NCBI GenBank assembly: GCA_045546415.1
Contig: JAZQCS010000121.1
Coordinates: forward strand, 1-63,474
Source of the DNA: Clostridia bacterium
GTDB taxonomy: Bacteria > Bacillota > Clostridia > RUG12999
Length of the DNA: 63,474 nt
Reading direction: 5' to 3'
Both the position numbers and the translations under genes were made by a program. Position 1 is the first letter of the stretch. The number at the start of each line of letters is the position of its first letter. Positions 9,850-19,052 of the stretch are shown here, one piece after another. Under the pieces are notes generated by a model, which saw nothing but the letters and a program-made list of their open reading frames with translations, had not been told where the DNA came from and searched no databases.

Positions 9850-10560
9850 TTATTCTTTTTCTATTTCGCTCATATAACCTGCCGTGATGATGCCTGCGGG
9901 TAAAGCAACAATAGCAATTCCAAATATTGAAGAAACCATTGTTACTATCCTTCCTATTGTTGTTACAGGATAAATATCTCCATAACCAACAGTTGTTAAT
10001 GAAACTGTTGCCCAATATATCGCATCAAAAAAGTTATTAAATGATTCAGGTTCAACATTGAAAACTACCAAAGCTGAAATTATTATGTATGCAATAGCCA
10101 AAGTCCCTACAGCAATCAATGATTCTTTTGATTTCTTAAAAACTGCTACAATAATTTTAACGTTTTTTGAGTATCTAAACATTTTAAATGCTCTGAAAAC
10201 TCTAAACGCCCTTGCCATTCTAAAAATCCTCAAAAGTTTAAAACCATTATTCAAAATAGAAATCGACGGCAAAATAGATACGATATCAATTATAGCAAAA
10301 ATACCAAATGGATATTGAACAAAAGAAACTATAGAGTTCTTATTATATTTGTAATCAGCAGTTATCCAACGTAACAAATAATCAACAATAAATACGAGCA
10401 AACAAACAGTATCAATAATAGTTAAAACATCACTCGTTTCTTTAAAGCATAGTGGTAACAAACTCAACAAGATAATCACTATCATAAAACTGTCATATAT
10501 TAAGCTAAATGTGTTGCTCTTTTGAGCTGGTTCAATTATATCAAAAATCTTCTTTCTCAT
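9850..10560 (-). CDS. Voltage-gated-type (6TM) potassium channel
   Basis: Selectivity filter TVGYGD. S4-like helix with a basic residue every third position (LRIFRMARAFRVFRAFKMFR). ATG at 10560 is preceded by GGAG; the longer ORF extension to 10677 uses TTG and lacks an RBS. Confidence 0.85.
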   Translation of the reverse strand: MRKKIFDIIEPAQKSNTFSLIYDSFMIVIILLSLLPLCFKETSDVLTIIDTVCLLVFIVDYLLRWITADYKYNKNSIVSFVQYPFGIFAIIDIVSILPSISILNNGFKLLRIFRMARAFRVFRAFKMFRYSKNVKIIVAVFKKSKESLIAVGTLAIAYIIISALVVFNVEPESFNNFFDAIYWATVSLTTVGYGDIYPVTTIGRIVTMVSSIFGIAIVALPAGIITAGYMSEIEKE

Positions 10561-10666
10561 GTATTTCTCCTTTTGGGAATTTTCTTCATCAAAGTGTTTA
10601 TAATTTTTGTCCCTTGTATATAAAACTTTAAAATTAGTGAACAATTTAGATGACACTAATTTTTTG

Positions 10667-11051
10667 TCGATATGCAAACTAAAGTTTGCTCGATATATTT
10701 ACTCCGTAAATTCGATATGTTTTTCGTTTCACTCAAAACTCGATATGATATAAATCTCGTTGCGTCAGCAACATATCGAGCCACAAGGCATATCGAGTGC
10801 AATCGCTGAATTCAAGCTTTGCTTGAATTCATTATATAATTAGGTGATAGAAAAGATGCACCTTGTTTTTAATGAATTGACAACCATGTCCTGATGCGAT
10901 GGCTAAAGCCATGAATTGTTGCTATCGCAACATGAATTGAATTGCCTTTTAATGCACGAAGTGTAATTCATGAGCCGCAGGCTCAATTCATAAAATCGCA
11001 GATTTCAATTCACGCCGAAGGCAATTCATTGATTTCATCTTCGATGAAATC
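10667..11051. repeat. Array of about 14 short hairpins, each flanked by recurring 7-nt words (TCGATAT/ATATCGA, then GAATTC/ATGAATT/AATTCAT)
   Basis: See the finding for unit-by-unit coordinates. No ORF. Lies between the terminator of the upstream gene and the Kv channel gene. Confidence 0.8.
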
Positions 11052-11059
11052 ATTATATC

Positions 11060-11099
11060 ACAAAAAACAACAAAAGGCAAGCGGTAATGCCTGCCTTTT
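11060..11099 (-). terminator. Intrinsic terminator of the GH78-like gene
   Basis: On the minus strand: aaaaggcaggc-attac-cgcttgcctttt followed by gttgtttttt. Confidence 0.75.
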
Positions 11100-11112
11100 A
11101 CATTTTTTTGCA

Positions 11113-13233
11113 TTATTTTAAGTTTACTTTTATTTCCTGCGGGTAAGTAATAACAGGGTCAGAACCTTCAGCCATGCTGCATACAATACTTCCGTAGGGT
11201 GTAATAAGCTCTGCCTTTGCCTCTCCAAGACCCAGCAAGGATGGGTCAAGGGTCACTTCCTTAAAGCCTGCTCCATTTATTTCCAGACCCAGAAGTGCTT
11301 TAGGCAACGAATACAGCGGAGTTCCGCCCCAGGCGTGACTGTAATCGAAACGGTATGAAGGCTCAGGCTTCACAAATCCTTCCACAAGACCCTTGGGGCA
11401 TTCAAGTGCTTTTTCCTTCCACATTTCAAGGGCTTTTAAAGTGTATTTTTCCCTGAGTCCGCTTTTAAAAATTGCCTCCAGCAAATAGTGGGCAAAATAG
11501 GGCTGAATATCTCCAAGCTCAGGCTGATTCATAACCTTATCGATTATATCCTTTTGCTTGTCCTTTTCGCACACACCAAAATACACCGCCAGAACATTTG
11601 AATGCTTCATGTAATACCTTTTTTCTGTATTCTGCGGCATATAATGACCAACAAGGTGTTCAGGTGTTTGTGTATTGAGGCCCTCAAAATAAAGTCCGCG
11701 ACCGGCATCAAAAAGCAATGTGTTTATTGCCTTTTTCAGATTTTCCTTTTTTGTTATACATTTTTCTGCCATAGCTGTTTCGGACAACACCGTAAATATG
11801 TCCGCTGCAGTTTTAAGTGCTCCGTAAAGAAACATATTAAGACAGGTCTGTCCCAATGCTTTTGGCGGATGGTGCATGGATATTCCGTCAATAAACAGCC
11901 AGTCAATGAACATATAATCCGGTGGATTTTCAACCAGTCCGTTATCGCCCATATAGGTTTCAAACCGGTTCAGCAGAAGAATCAGCGCATCCCGGCATTC
12001 GTATAAAAGCTCCTTATTCCCCGTGAACATATAAACATCATACAGCATCTGCACCCATATAAGGCTGTAGGTGGTATGAAACATCCTTCCATCGTTATTC
12101 CTGAGAAGCCTTGCGGTGCGTTTTACATCAAACTCCGCAAGGGACATATCCCCAAATGAAAACAGAGTCATTAGTGTTTCAATGTAATAATCCCCGGTAC
12201 AGGCAAGGGGCTCGCAATGTCTTGGGCTGTCAAGATGATGAAGCTGTCGGCAGTTTTTCAGGGTATGCCTGCATATATCAAGCACCGCATTCAACTTTGC
12301 ATCGTCGGTTACAACCGCTGCAACCTTTTCCACAGGATAAAAGGTGGAAATAAGGCTTACCGAAAACTCCGATTGCTCTGCCGAATCATTTTTAAGCAGA
12401 ACAAGAAAGCTGCCTGCGCTGTGCAATGCAAATCCGCGGTATTCACCACTTCCGGCAAAAACAAGCTTTTCCCGTGAGCCCTGTTCATCAATTTCGCTGC
12501 ATATAACCTCGGCAAATAGCTTTCCCTTTGTTTTAGCAAAGACGTGTATGAATCCGGCGTGTATTTTCTCAAAGTTTAAAACGACTTTCTTTTCTTCATA
12601 GGGCATCAGCACTATACTGTTGCTTTCAATGGGGTAAAGCTCTTTTTCGGTACGCACACGGATTGGCGCTGTTTCCGCGTGCCAGATATCGTCAACCTCC
12701 TCTGCCCCGGTATATTCAGGCAAAAAAAGACTTGAATCGTACTCATAGGGTGCTGTATAGGCGCTGTTTTTTCTTGCTTTCCAGGAGGAATCAGTTGAAA
12801 TTACCGTTTTTGTTCCGTCCTCAAAGGTAACCTCCGCCCCAAGCATAAACCCTCCGTGACCTTTGGAATATTCACATATTCTTGTCGGCATCATTTTAAC
12901 CCTTGCAAAGAAACAAATTTCCTTTGAATCCGGTTTTATTTCCTTCTGCATTTTGTAAAATTCATTTCTCTCGCGGTCGTTTCCCAGAAAATCACCACCG
13001 GCAAAAGCAGGACCTGTTGCAACAAATTTGTCATTGCAAAAAAGCTGAAACTCAGTATCTCCGCTGAATATCATATTCAGGGAAACAACCTTTTTGCCAA
13101 AACGGTATTCTTTGGTAAACTCCGCAACGGTAAAATTCCCGGCTCTTATTCCGTCAAATCCGTTGTACCGGGTTTTCTGCGATTCGGGATATTCTTTTTC
13201 CGGGAGCCATATCCATTTTTCAGGAAGCAACAT
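11113..13233 (-). CDS. GH78-related six-hairpin glycosidase (alpha-L-rhamnosidase-like), no signal peptide
   Basis: N-terminal KWIWLP...FCNDKFVATGP pattern and a degenerate catalytic-region motif LDSPRHCEPLACTGDYY. Size and layout match the 1878-3971 paralog. Confidence 0.6.
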   Translation of the reverse strand: MLLPEKWIWLPEKEYPESQKTRYNGFDGIRAGNFTVAEFTKEYRFGKKVVSLNMIFSGDTEFQLFCNDKFVATGPAFAGGDFLGNDRERNEFYKMQKEIKPDSKEICFFARVKMMPTRICEYSKGHGGFMLGAEVTFEDGTKTVISTDSSWKARKNSAYTAPYEYDSSLFLPEYTGAEEVDDIWHAETAPIRVRTEKELYPIESNSIVLMPYEEKKVVLNFEKIHAGFIHVFAKTKGKLFAEVICSEIDEQGSREKLVFAGSGEYRGFALHSAGSFLVLLKNDSAEQSEFSVSLISTFYPVEKVAAVVTDDAKLNAVLDICRHTLKNCRQLHHLDSPRHCEPLACTGDYYIETLMTLFSFGDMSLAEFDVKRTARLLRNNDGRMFHTTYSLIWVQMLYDVYMFTGNKELLYECRDALILLLNRFETYMGDNGLVENPPDYMFIDWLFIDGISMHHPPKALGQTCLNMFLYGALKTAADIFTVLSETAMAEKCITKKENLKKAINTLLFDAGRGLYFEGLNTQTPEHLVGHYMPQNTEKRYYMKHSNVLAVYFGVCEKDKQKDIIDKVMNQPELGDIQPYFAHYLLEAIFKSGLREKYTLKALEMWKEKALECPKGLVEGFVKPEPSYRFDYSHAWGGTPLYSLPKALLGLEINGAGFKEVTLDPSLLGLGEAKAELITPYGSIVCSMAEGSDPVITYPQEIKVNLK

Positions 13234-13346
13234 TTTTTCACCCCTCCGAGGTTTCTATCACGGCAACAGCCTTATTGTGAGTTCTTAAATATGAAATCTA
13301 CAGTAACCGAGTTATCCCCTAATTCCTTTTTCCACTCTTCCTTTTG

Positions 13347-14066
13347 TTATAAAACCTCATCTACAGTTTTCTTTACAATCTGAATATTTTCAGCACTTAT
13401 TTCCTCATCAAACTCTGAAAACCCATTGTTTTTAATGTCGTTTCCGGTCAAAGCCCTGTACCATAGCAACCCCAAAGCATATCTGCCAATTCCCCGGCTT
13501 GCGTGAAAGGTGTCTCTGTGTATCTTTTCGCTGCAAGCTTCCACTAATTTTCCGAAAAGTTCTCCTGAAGGAATAAGCAAATCGGGGTTCACATCTTTCA
13601 CCGCTTTGTTGTAGGAGGCTTTAACCTCCTCCAGCATATCAGCATAATTACTGTATCCCAGCTCCACATTAAGGCGTTCGCTGTCCTGCTCATATGCCCA
13701 GGTCTGGTGAATTGCAATACGGGCACCCGGCTGATATTTCTTCACATATTTTACAAGCTCGCACAAATACGGCTGATAGGTGTTGTAATCGGGCGCCAAG
13801 TGGCTTACCTGCTGAAGGGTTATAATATCCCATGAAAATTCCGAAAGCATTTCTTTAAGCGAAACCTTCTCCCCCGTGCTTTCTCCGTTTTTTTCCAAAG
13901 CATATGCTTTATCTTCGCTGAGCATATTGTTGTAATGAGACTCCAGAGAACATCCGCCTATGCACAGATTAAAGGTATCCAGAACATAGCCGTCCGCCTT
14001 TGCAATTCTGTGCAAATACCTCTGTGCATCCTGGGAAAAACTGTTTCCTATTGATAAAATCTTCAT
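13347..14066 (-). CDS. SGNH/GDSL-type hydrolase (DUF4886-like esterase)
   Basis: The N-terminus MKILSIGNSFSQD carries the block-I Ser of the SGNH fold. GGAG lies 9 nt before the ATG at 14066. Confidence 0.7.
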   Translation of the reverse strand: MKILSIGNSFSQDAQRYLHRIAKADGYVLDTFNLCIGGCSLESHYNNMLSEDKAYALEKNGESTGEKVSLKEMLSEFSWDIITLQQVSHLAPDYNTYQPYLCELVKYVKKYQPGARIAIHQTWAYEQDSERLNVELGYSNYADMLEEVKASYNKAVKDVNPDLLIPSGELFGKLVEACSEKIHRDTFHASRGIGRYALGLLWYRALTGNDIKNNGFSEFDEEISAENIQIVKKTVDEVL

Positions 14067-14079
14067 TCGCTGAATCTCC

Positions 14080-14376
14080 TTAACACCCGTTTTTTCTGTC
14101 AATAACCAGATTTCTGAAATAAAGAACAATGTCCGCACTTACCATCAGAATATTCAGAAAATAGAAAAACAAAACATACCATTTTTCTGAAAAAGCTGCC
14201 ATGTATGCTTCATTTGTAAACTTTGAAGCAATGCCTGCTATGTATCCGAAAAATATCAACAGCAAAAATGAAATGCTTTTTCCCTTTGCGGTGCGTGCCC
14301 TATATGACTTTATAACATTCATCGGCCAGGAAAAGCCAAAGCTCAAAATCATAATTATCTCTAAAATTTCCGACAT
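14080..14376 (-). CDS. 3-TM PQ-loop / SemiSWEET-like small transporter
   Basis: 98 aa with three predicted TM helices. TM1 ends in WPMNVIKSYRARTAKGKSIS, which resembles the SemiSWEET/PQ-loop signature PQ.IK..R.K...G.S. Confidence 0.55.
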   Translation of the reverse strand: MSEILEIIMILSFGFSWPMNVIKSYRARTAKGKSISFLLLIFFGYIAGIASKFTNEAYMAAFSEKWYVLFFYFLNILMVSADIVLYFRNLVIDRKNGC

Positions 14377-14405
14377 GGTCTTCCCCCCCTGAATTTTACA
14401 TTTAC

Positions 14406-16208
14406 TTATCTGATATTTCTGTACATAGGTCCGTAAGCACTGCAGGCTCTGTAATCCTGACCTTCTTTATCCATACCGAAAGCATTCCAGCTTGCAGGAC
14501 GGAAGATTTTTTCTTCGGGTACATTGTGCATACAAACAGGAATTCTCAGCATTGAGCAAAGTGTAATAACATCCGCACCAATGTGTCCGTAACTGATTGC
14601 GCCGTGGTTTGCGCCCCAGTTGTTCATTACATCATAAGCGGTTTTGAATGCACCCTCCCCTGTAATTCTGGGTGCAAACCATGTGCAGGGCCAGGTGTAG
14701 TCGGTGCGTTTCCAAAGCACATCCGAAACCTCATCGGGAAGGTTAACTGTCCATCCCTCGGCAATCTGCATAACAGGGCCCAGACCCTTAACCATGTTAA
14801 GTCTCATCATGGTAACCGGCATTTCGCTTCTTGTTAAAAATCTTGAAGAATAGCCTCCTCCACGGAAATAGCCAAGGTCTGCCGCATTCCATGTGGTTGC
14901 CTTAAGGCAAGCCTGCATATCCTCTTCTGTCATTTCCCAGAAGGGCTTGATTATGCCATTTCCGTTCTCATCCTTTACCTCACCGCAGGCATCAATACAA
15001 GCCGCACCGGAATTAATAAGGTGAATAAATCCGCCTGCTTCCTTTGCCTTGCCTTCAAGGTCATAATTTGCTGCCTTCTTTACAGCTTCGGGGCTCCAGT
15101 ATGTACGGACATCCGCAAAAATCTGTGCTGTGTTGGTAAGGAGCTTGCCGAACAGCATACAAATTCCGTTTAAAGTATCGTTTTCCGTAGCAAGAATGTA
15201 AGGCTCTCTTGCACCGTTCCAGTCAAAGGAGGTGTTAAGCATACTTTCGGGGAAATCACAGTTGGGGTAAAAATCTGTCCATTGGCGCTGACCCTGGAAA
15301 CCGCCTGCAATGGCGTTATGACCTACCATTTCCTCTTCGCAGCCTTTGGGAAGGTTGGGGTTGCCGTTGAACAAATCCTTGATGATGCACATCATCTTAA
15401 CAACAAATTCCCATTCCTCCTCCTTCTTTTCGGGAGACTTCTGCATATCCTCGGGGTTTTTGTCGAAACCCTCGGGACAGTTTTTTTTTGTCCATTCAAG
15501 AGCCTTTTTAAACTCTGCTTCGTCATAAATTCCTTCTGTCATTCTGCGGATAATTTCCACCTCATCCACAGATTCCACACGCATACCGAGGTAATCTTCA
15601 AACAGCTCGGTATTTATAATTGAGCCGCCTATACCCATACAGATAGAGCCTATCTGCAGGTAGGATTTTCCTCTCATTGTGGCAACAGCCACAGCCGATT
15701 TTGCAAAACGGAGTATTTTTTCCTGAACATCGGCAGGAATTGTTGTGTCATCCGCCTCACATACATCGTGGCCGTAAATACCGAAAGCAGGCAGCCCCTT
15801 CTGTGCGTGAGATGCAAGCACCGATGCAAGATAAACCGCACCGGGGCGTTCTGTTCCGTTAAAGCCCCACACACCCTTTATGGTCATGGGGTCCATATCC
15901 ATAGTTTCTGAACCGTAGCACCAGCAAGGGGTAACGGTAAGTGTAATGTCCACATTTTCCTTTTTGAACTTTGCTGCACAAGCTGCAGCTTCCGCAACCC
16001 GTCCGATTGTAGTATCCGCAATAACCACCTTTACAGGGTCACCGTTGGAATATTTAAGGTTAGACGAAATAAGCTCAGCTGCAGATTTCGCCATATTCAT
16101 TGTCTGCTCCTCCAGGGATTCTCTTACCTTAAGAGGGCCGCGTCTTCCGTCAATTGTGGGACGGATACCAATTACGGGATATTCACCAATAAGTCTGTTT
16201 TTTGCCAT
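14406..16208 (-). CDS. fucI: L-fucose isomerase
   Basis: 600 aa. The N-terminus [35 protein letters not shown] is nearly superimposable on E. coli FucI. Confidence 0.95.
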   Translation of the reverse strand: MAKNRLIGEYPVIGIRPTIDGRRGPLKVRESLEEQTMNMAKSAAELISSNLKYSNGDPVKVVIADTTIGRVAEAAACAAKFKKENVDITLTVTPCWCYGSETMDMDPMTIKGVWGFNGTERPGAVYLASVLASHAQKGLPAFGIYGHDVCEADDTTIPADVQEKILRFAKSAVAVATMRGKSYLQIGSICMGIGGSIINTELFEDYLGMRVESVDEVEIIRRMTEGIYDEAEFKKALEWTKKNCPEGFDKNPEDMQKSPEKKEEEWEFVVKMMCIIKDLFNGNPNLPKGCEEEMVGHNAIAGGFQGQRQWTDFYPNCDFPESMLNTSFDWNGAREPYILATENDTLNGICMLFGKLLTNTAQIFADVRTYWSPEAVKKAANYDLEGKAKEAGGFIHLINSGAACIDACGEVKDENGNGIIKPFWEMTEEDMQACLKATTWNAADLGYFRGGGYSSRFLTRSEMPVTMMRLNMVKGLGPVMQIAEGWTVNLPDEVSDVLWKRTDYTWPCTWFAPRITGEGAFKTAYDVMNNWGANHGAISYGHIGADVITLCSMLRIPVCMHNVPEEKIFRPASWNAFGMDKEGQDYRACSAYGPMYRNIR

Positions 16209-16236
16209 TTTTATTACCTCCTGATATTTTTATTAT

Positions 16237-16659
16237 TTATTCTGTTACAACACCCTTTTTCAAAAGGATGTTTGCATAAAGGGCAGTTTCACCTGTAGCA
16301 ATTACCGCATAAGCATTTTTTGCTCTTTCGTAAAACTCAAACCTTTCTATCTGTTCAAAGCTTTGCTCTGTATAATTTTTTGCTATTTCCTTATATTTTT
16401 CCCAGATAGGTGTTTCAACATTGTCACCGGGAGTGACCTCCATAAGATACAGCGGTTTCTGATATGTATCCAGAGGAAAAATTTTCAGTACAGCGTCAAG
16501 GACCTCATCTGCACCGTTTCCCGACATATAAATTACCCTCTGTCCGATATTTGCCGAGGGGAAATTTCCGTCAGCTATTACAATTTCATCACCGTGTCCC
16601 ATTTCGCACAGAACCTTTAAAAGCTCCGGCGGAAGGATTTTGGGTATACCTTTAAGCAT
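16237..16659 (-). CDS. fucU: L-fucose mutarotase (RbsD/FucU family)
   Basis: 140 aa. MLKGIPKILPPELLKVLCEMGHGDEIVIADGNFP matches the FucU N-terminus. Confidence 0.9.
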   Translation of the reverse strand: MLKGIPKILPPELLKVLCEMGHGDEIVIADGNFPSANIGQRVIYMSGNGADEVLDAVLKIFPLDTYQKPLYLMEVTPGDNVETPIWEKYKEIAKNYTEQSFEQIERFEFYERAKNAYAVIATGETALYANILLKKGVVTE

Positions 16660-16661
16660 AT

Positions 16662-19007
16662 TTATAACTCCTTACTTCTTGAACTTATTAAAACACATTC
16701 CCCCGCTTTTGCACAAATGCTTATGTCATTCTCTGAGGTGTGTGTTTCTTTGATGGAACTTACACTATATCTGAATTCCTCCGGCAAAACAATTTTCACT
16801 TTGGCATTCTTCGTAAATTTAATTTTTACGGAAATAAAAGCTTTTTCAGTATCCCACTCAAAATCCGCTGTTCCCTGATAAAACCTGAATCCCTTTACCT
16901 TGCCTTTTTTAAATCTGCCGGGTAAAGCGGGCAAAATTTTCAGAGTATTCTCATCAAAGCTCAGCAGCATCATCTGAACAAGATTTGTAAAGCCCATATT
17001 GGCATCAAGCTGTACCGGAGCCATTCTGCCCAGGTCCAGGGTAATACCCATATTACGGAAATCGTTATGCAAAGTAAACAAATTAGGCATAATGCAGGAT
17101 TTTGCAAGAAGCTCCATACATTCAAGAGCTTTTTCACCGTCACCGAAGGAGGCGTAAATTGCTCCCATATGCATAAGTGACCATCCGCTCTGGCTGTCGA
17201 TTTCTCTCAGCTCCACCGCTTTCCGGAAAGCTTCAAACAAAGGATGTCCCTCCGTTACCTCATCTCCGGGAAAAACGGGATATAAGTGAGATAAATGTCT
17301 GTGTGCGTAATTATCCTGCAAATCTGCACAGTTCCACTCTTTAACCGCTCCTTCTTCATTTACCGTATAATCAGGAAAACAGTCAAGCAGTTCACGGTAA
17401 TGGTTGACCTCTCCGGAATTTTTCTCCAATTTTTCATTCAGGGAGATAAGATTTTTAAGTAATTCTTTATATATGGCTATATCCATTACCGCATTTTTTG
17501 CCACGGGCATAGGATGTGACATTTTGTTTTTTGTATAATCCATATAGTTCCCCGGTGTGTTTTCCGGTGAAACTGAAGGATATATTTCCATTTTTCCGTT
17601 TTTGTCATATGTGACATAGTCCTCGTAAAACAGCGCCGCTTCTGTCATGAATGGCAATATGTACTTTTCTGCCGTTTCTACATCATTGGTCATAAGAAAG
17701 TATTTATAAAAATGTTGTGAGAGCCATCCTGCAACACTTATGTAGTGTATAATTACCGGAACTACCGGTCCGGGCTGTGAATTAACCGGTGAAGAATAAA
17801 CACTCACAAAAATTCCCCGGCAGCCAAACAGCTTTTTTGCGTATTCTCTGTATTCTTCAATTTTTGAGCAATAATACTTAATCAGCGGTTGCATAAGTCC
17901 GCAAAGGTTTCCGGTGAGAATGTGCCAGTATATCATTTCGACATTCTCATTTGCCACATTCTGCGACCACGGCGGATAATATTCACCGTTCCACAATCCG
18001 TACAGAGGAAAAGGATATCCCTTTTCATTGCTTCCGCAAATCATAAGATATCTGCCGAAGCTCCACATTTTTTCAACAAGCTCTGCAGGAATCTCCCCCC
18101 TGTAGGCTTCCTGCAGAAGCTGTTCGTTTGATTTATTTCGGTTTCCGCTGTATAACCTGACACTTGCACTCCCAAAAAGCTTCTTGTGTGACGGAATATG
18201 CTTTTTCAGTAAAGCACCGTAATCTGCCCCGACGGAATCAACGCCAAGCCTCATTACTTCGGAAGAAATAGCAGCACTTCCGGAATAGCATTTCACAATT
18301 ATTGTAACATTGTCGGAGCTTATTTCCAGGCTGTTTTCTGTACTGCTTGCACCAATTACCTTTACAGCCGCACCGTAACGCTTTCCGTCTTCATTTATTC
18401 CTTCATAGAACATATATTCCCCGGCATATTTTATTTTATGGTCATTTCCCTGCTGTTTTCTTTTGTTCTCTGCCGCAGATGTTCCGTCGTTATGCATATC
18501 AAAAGTAATTACAAGCTTTTTCTTTTTCCCTGACCTGAATGAATATGCGAAAATGTCATCCGTTCTTGAAACAAAGCATTTTCTTTCAGTCAGAACACCT
18601 TCATCTGCAAAAGAAACTGTACATTCTGCCGTTTCAAGGTTCAGTTCTCTTTTGTAATTCGAAAAAATCTGCTTTTCAGGAAAGCTTATTTTTAAAGTGC
18701 CCAAAGGAAACGGGTACCCGGCATCCGTCTGGTAATTCTGTGCTTTCAGCTTGTTGCACAGAATATCCTTTGCTTCGGACAGCTTGTTTTCCTTTGCAAG
18801 TACACGCATCTTTTTCAGCTCCTGCGATGTATCGGGAAGCTGACATTTTACGGCACCGTGCCACAAATCGTATCTGTTAAAAACAATGGTTTCTGTACCT
18901 GCACCACCGTAAACAACAGCTCCCGTAAGACCGTTTCCCACGGGAAAGCCTTCTCTCCACATCTGCCCGAAAGCCGATGCCGGATAATGCGAATATACCG
19001 TTTTCAT
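16662..19007 (-). CDS. GH95 alpha-L-fucosidase
   Basis: 781 aa. N-terminal W.EGFPVGNGLTGAVVYGG motif of the GH95 N-domain. No signal peptide. Confidence 0.8.
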   Translation of the reverse strand: MKTVYSHYPASAFGQMWREGFPVGNGLTGAVVYGGAGTETIVFNRYDLWHGAVKCQLPDTSQELKKMRVLAKENKLSEAKDILCNKLKAQNYQTDAGYPFPLGTLKISFPEKQIFSNYKRELNLETAECTVSFADEGVLTERKCFVSRTDDIFAYSFRSGKKKKLVITFDMHNDGTSAAENKRKQQGNDHKIKYAGEYMFYEGINEDGKRYGAAVKVIGASSTENSLEISSDNVTIIVKCYSGSAAISSEVMRLGVDSVGADYGALLKKHIPSHKKLFGSASVRLYSGNRNKSNEQLLQEAYRGEIPAELVEKMWSFGRYLMICGSNEKGYPFPLYGLWNGEYYPPWSQNVANENVEMIYWHILTGNLCGLMQPLIKYYCSKIEEYREYAKKLFGCRGIFVSVYSSPVNSQPGPVVPVIIHYISVAGWLSQHFYKYFLMTNDVETAEKYILPFMTEAALFYEDYVTYDKNGKMEIYPSVSPENTPGNYMDYTKNKMSHPMPVAKNAVMDIAIYKELLKNLISLNEKLEKNSGEVNHYRELLDCFPDYTVNEEGAVKEWNCADLQDNYAHRHLSHLYPVFPGDEVTEGHPLFEAFRKAVELREIDSQSGWSLMHMGAIYASFGDGEKALECMELLAKSCIMPNLFTLHNDFRNMGITLDLGRMAPVQLDANMGFTNLVQMMLLSFDENTLKILPALPGRFKKGKVKGFRFYQGTADFEWDTEKAFISVKIKFTKNAKVKIVLPEEFRYSVSSIKETHTSENDISICAKAGECVLISSRSKEL

Positions 19008-19052
19008 TTTTTCACCCCCAATGCAGAATACTTATTCAATAGCTTGTAGCAA

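Noticed and set aside
10667-11051. Could the word-hairpin array be a CRISPR array?
   Set aside because: The repeated words are only 6-7 nt and occur in both orientations. The 'spacers' are 10-25 nt and self-complementary. No cas genes are present. It is incompatible with CRISPR architecture.
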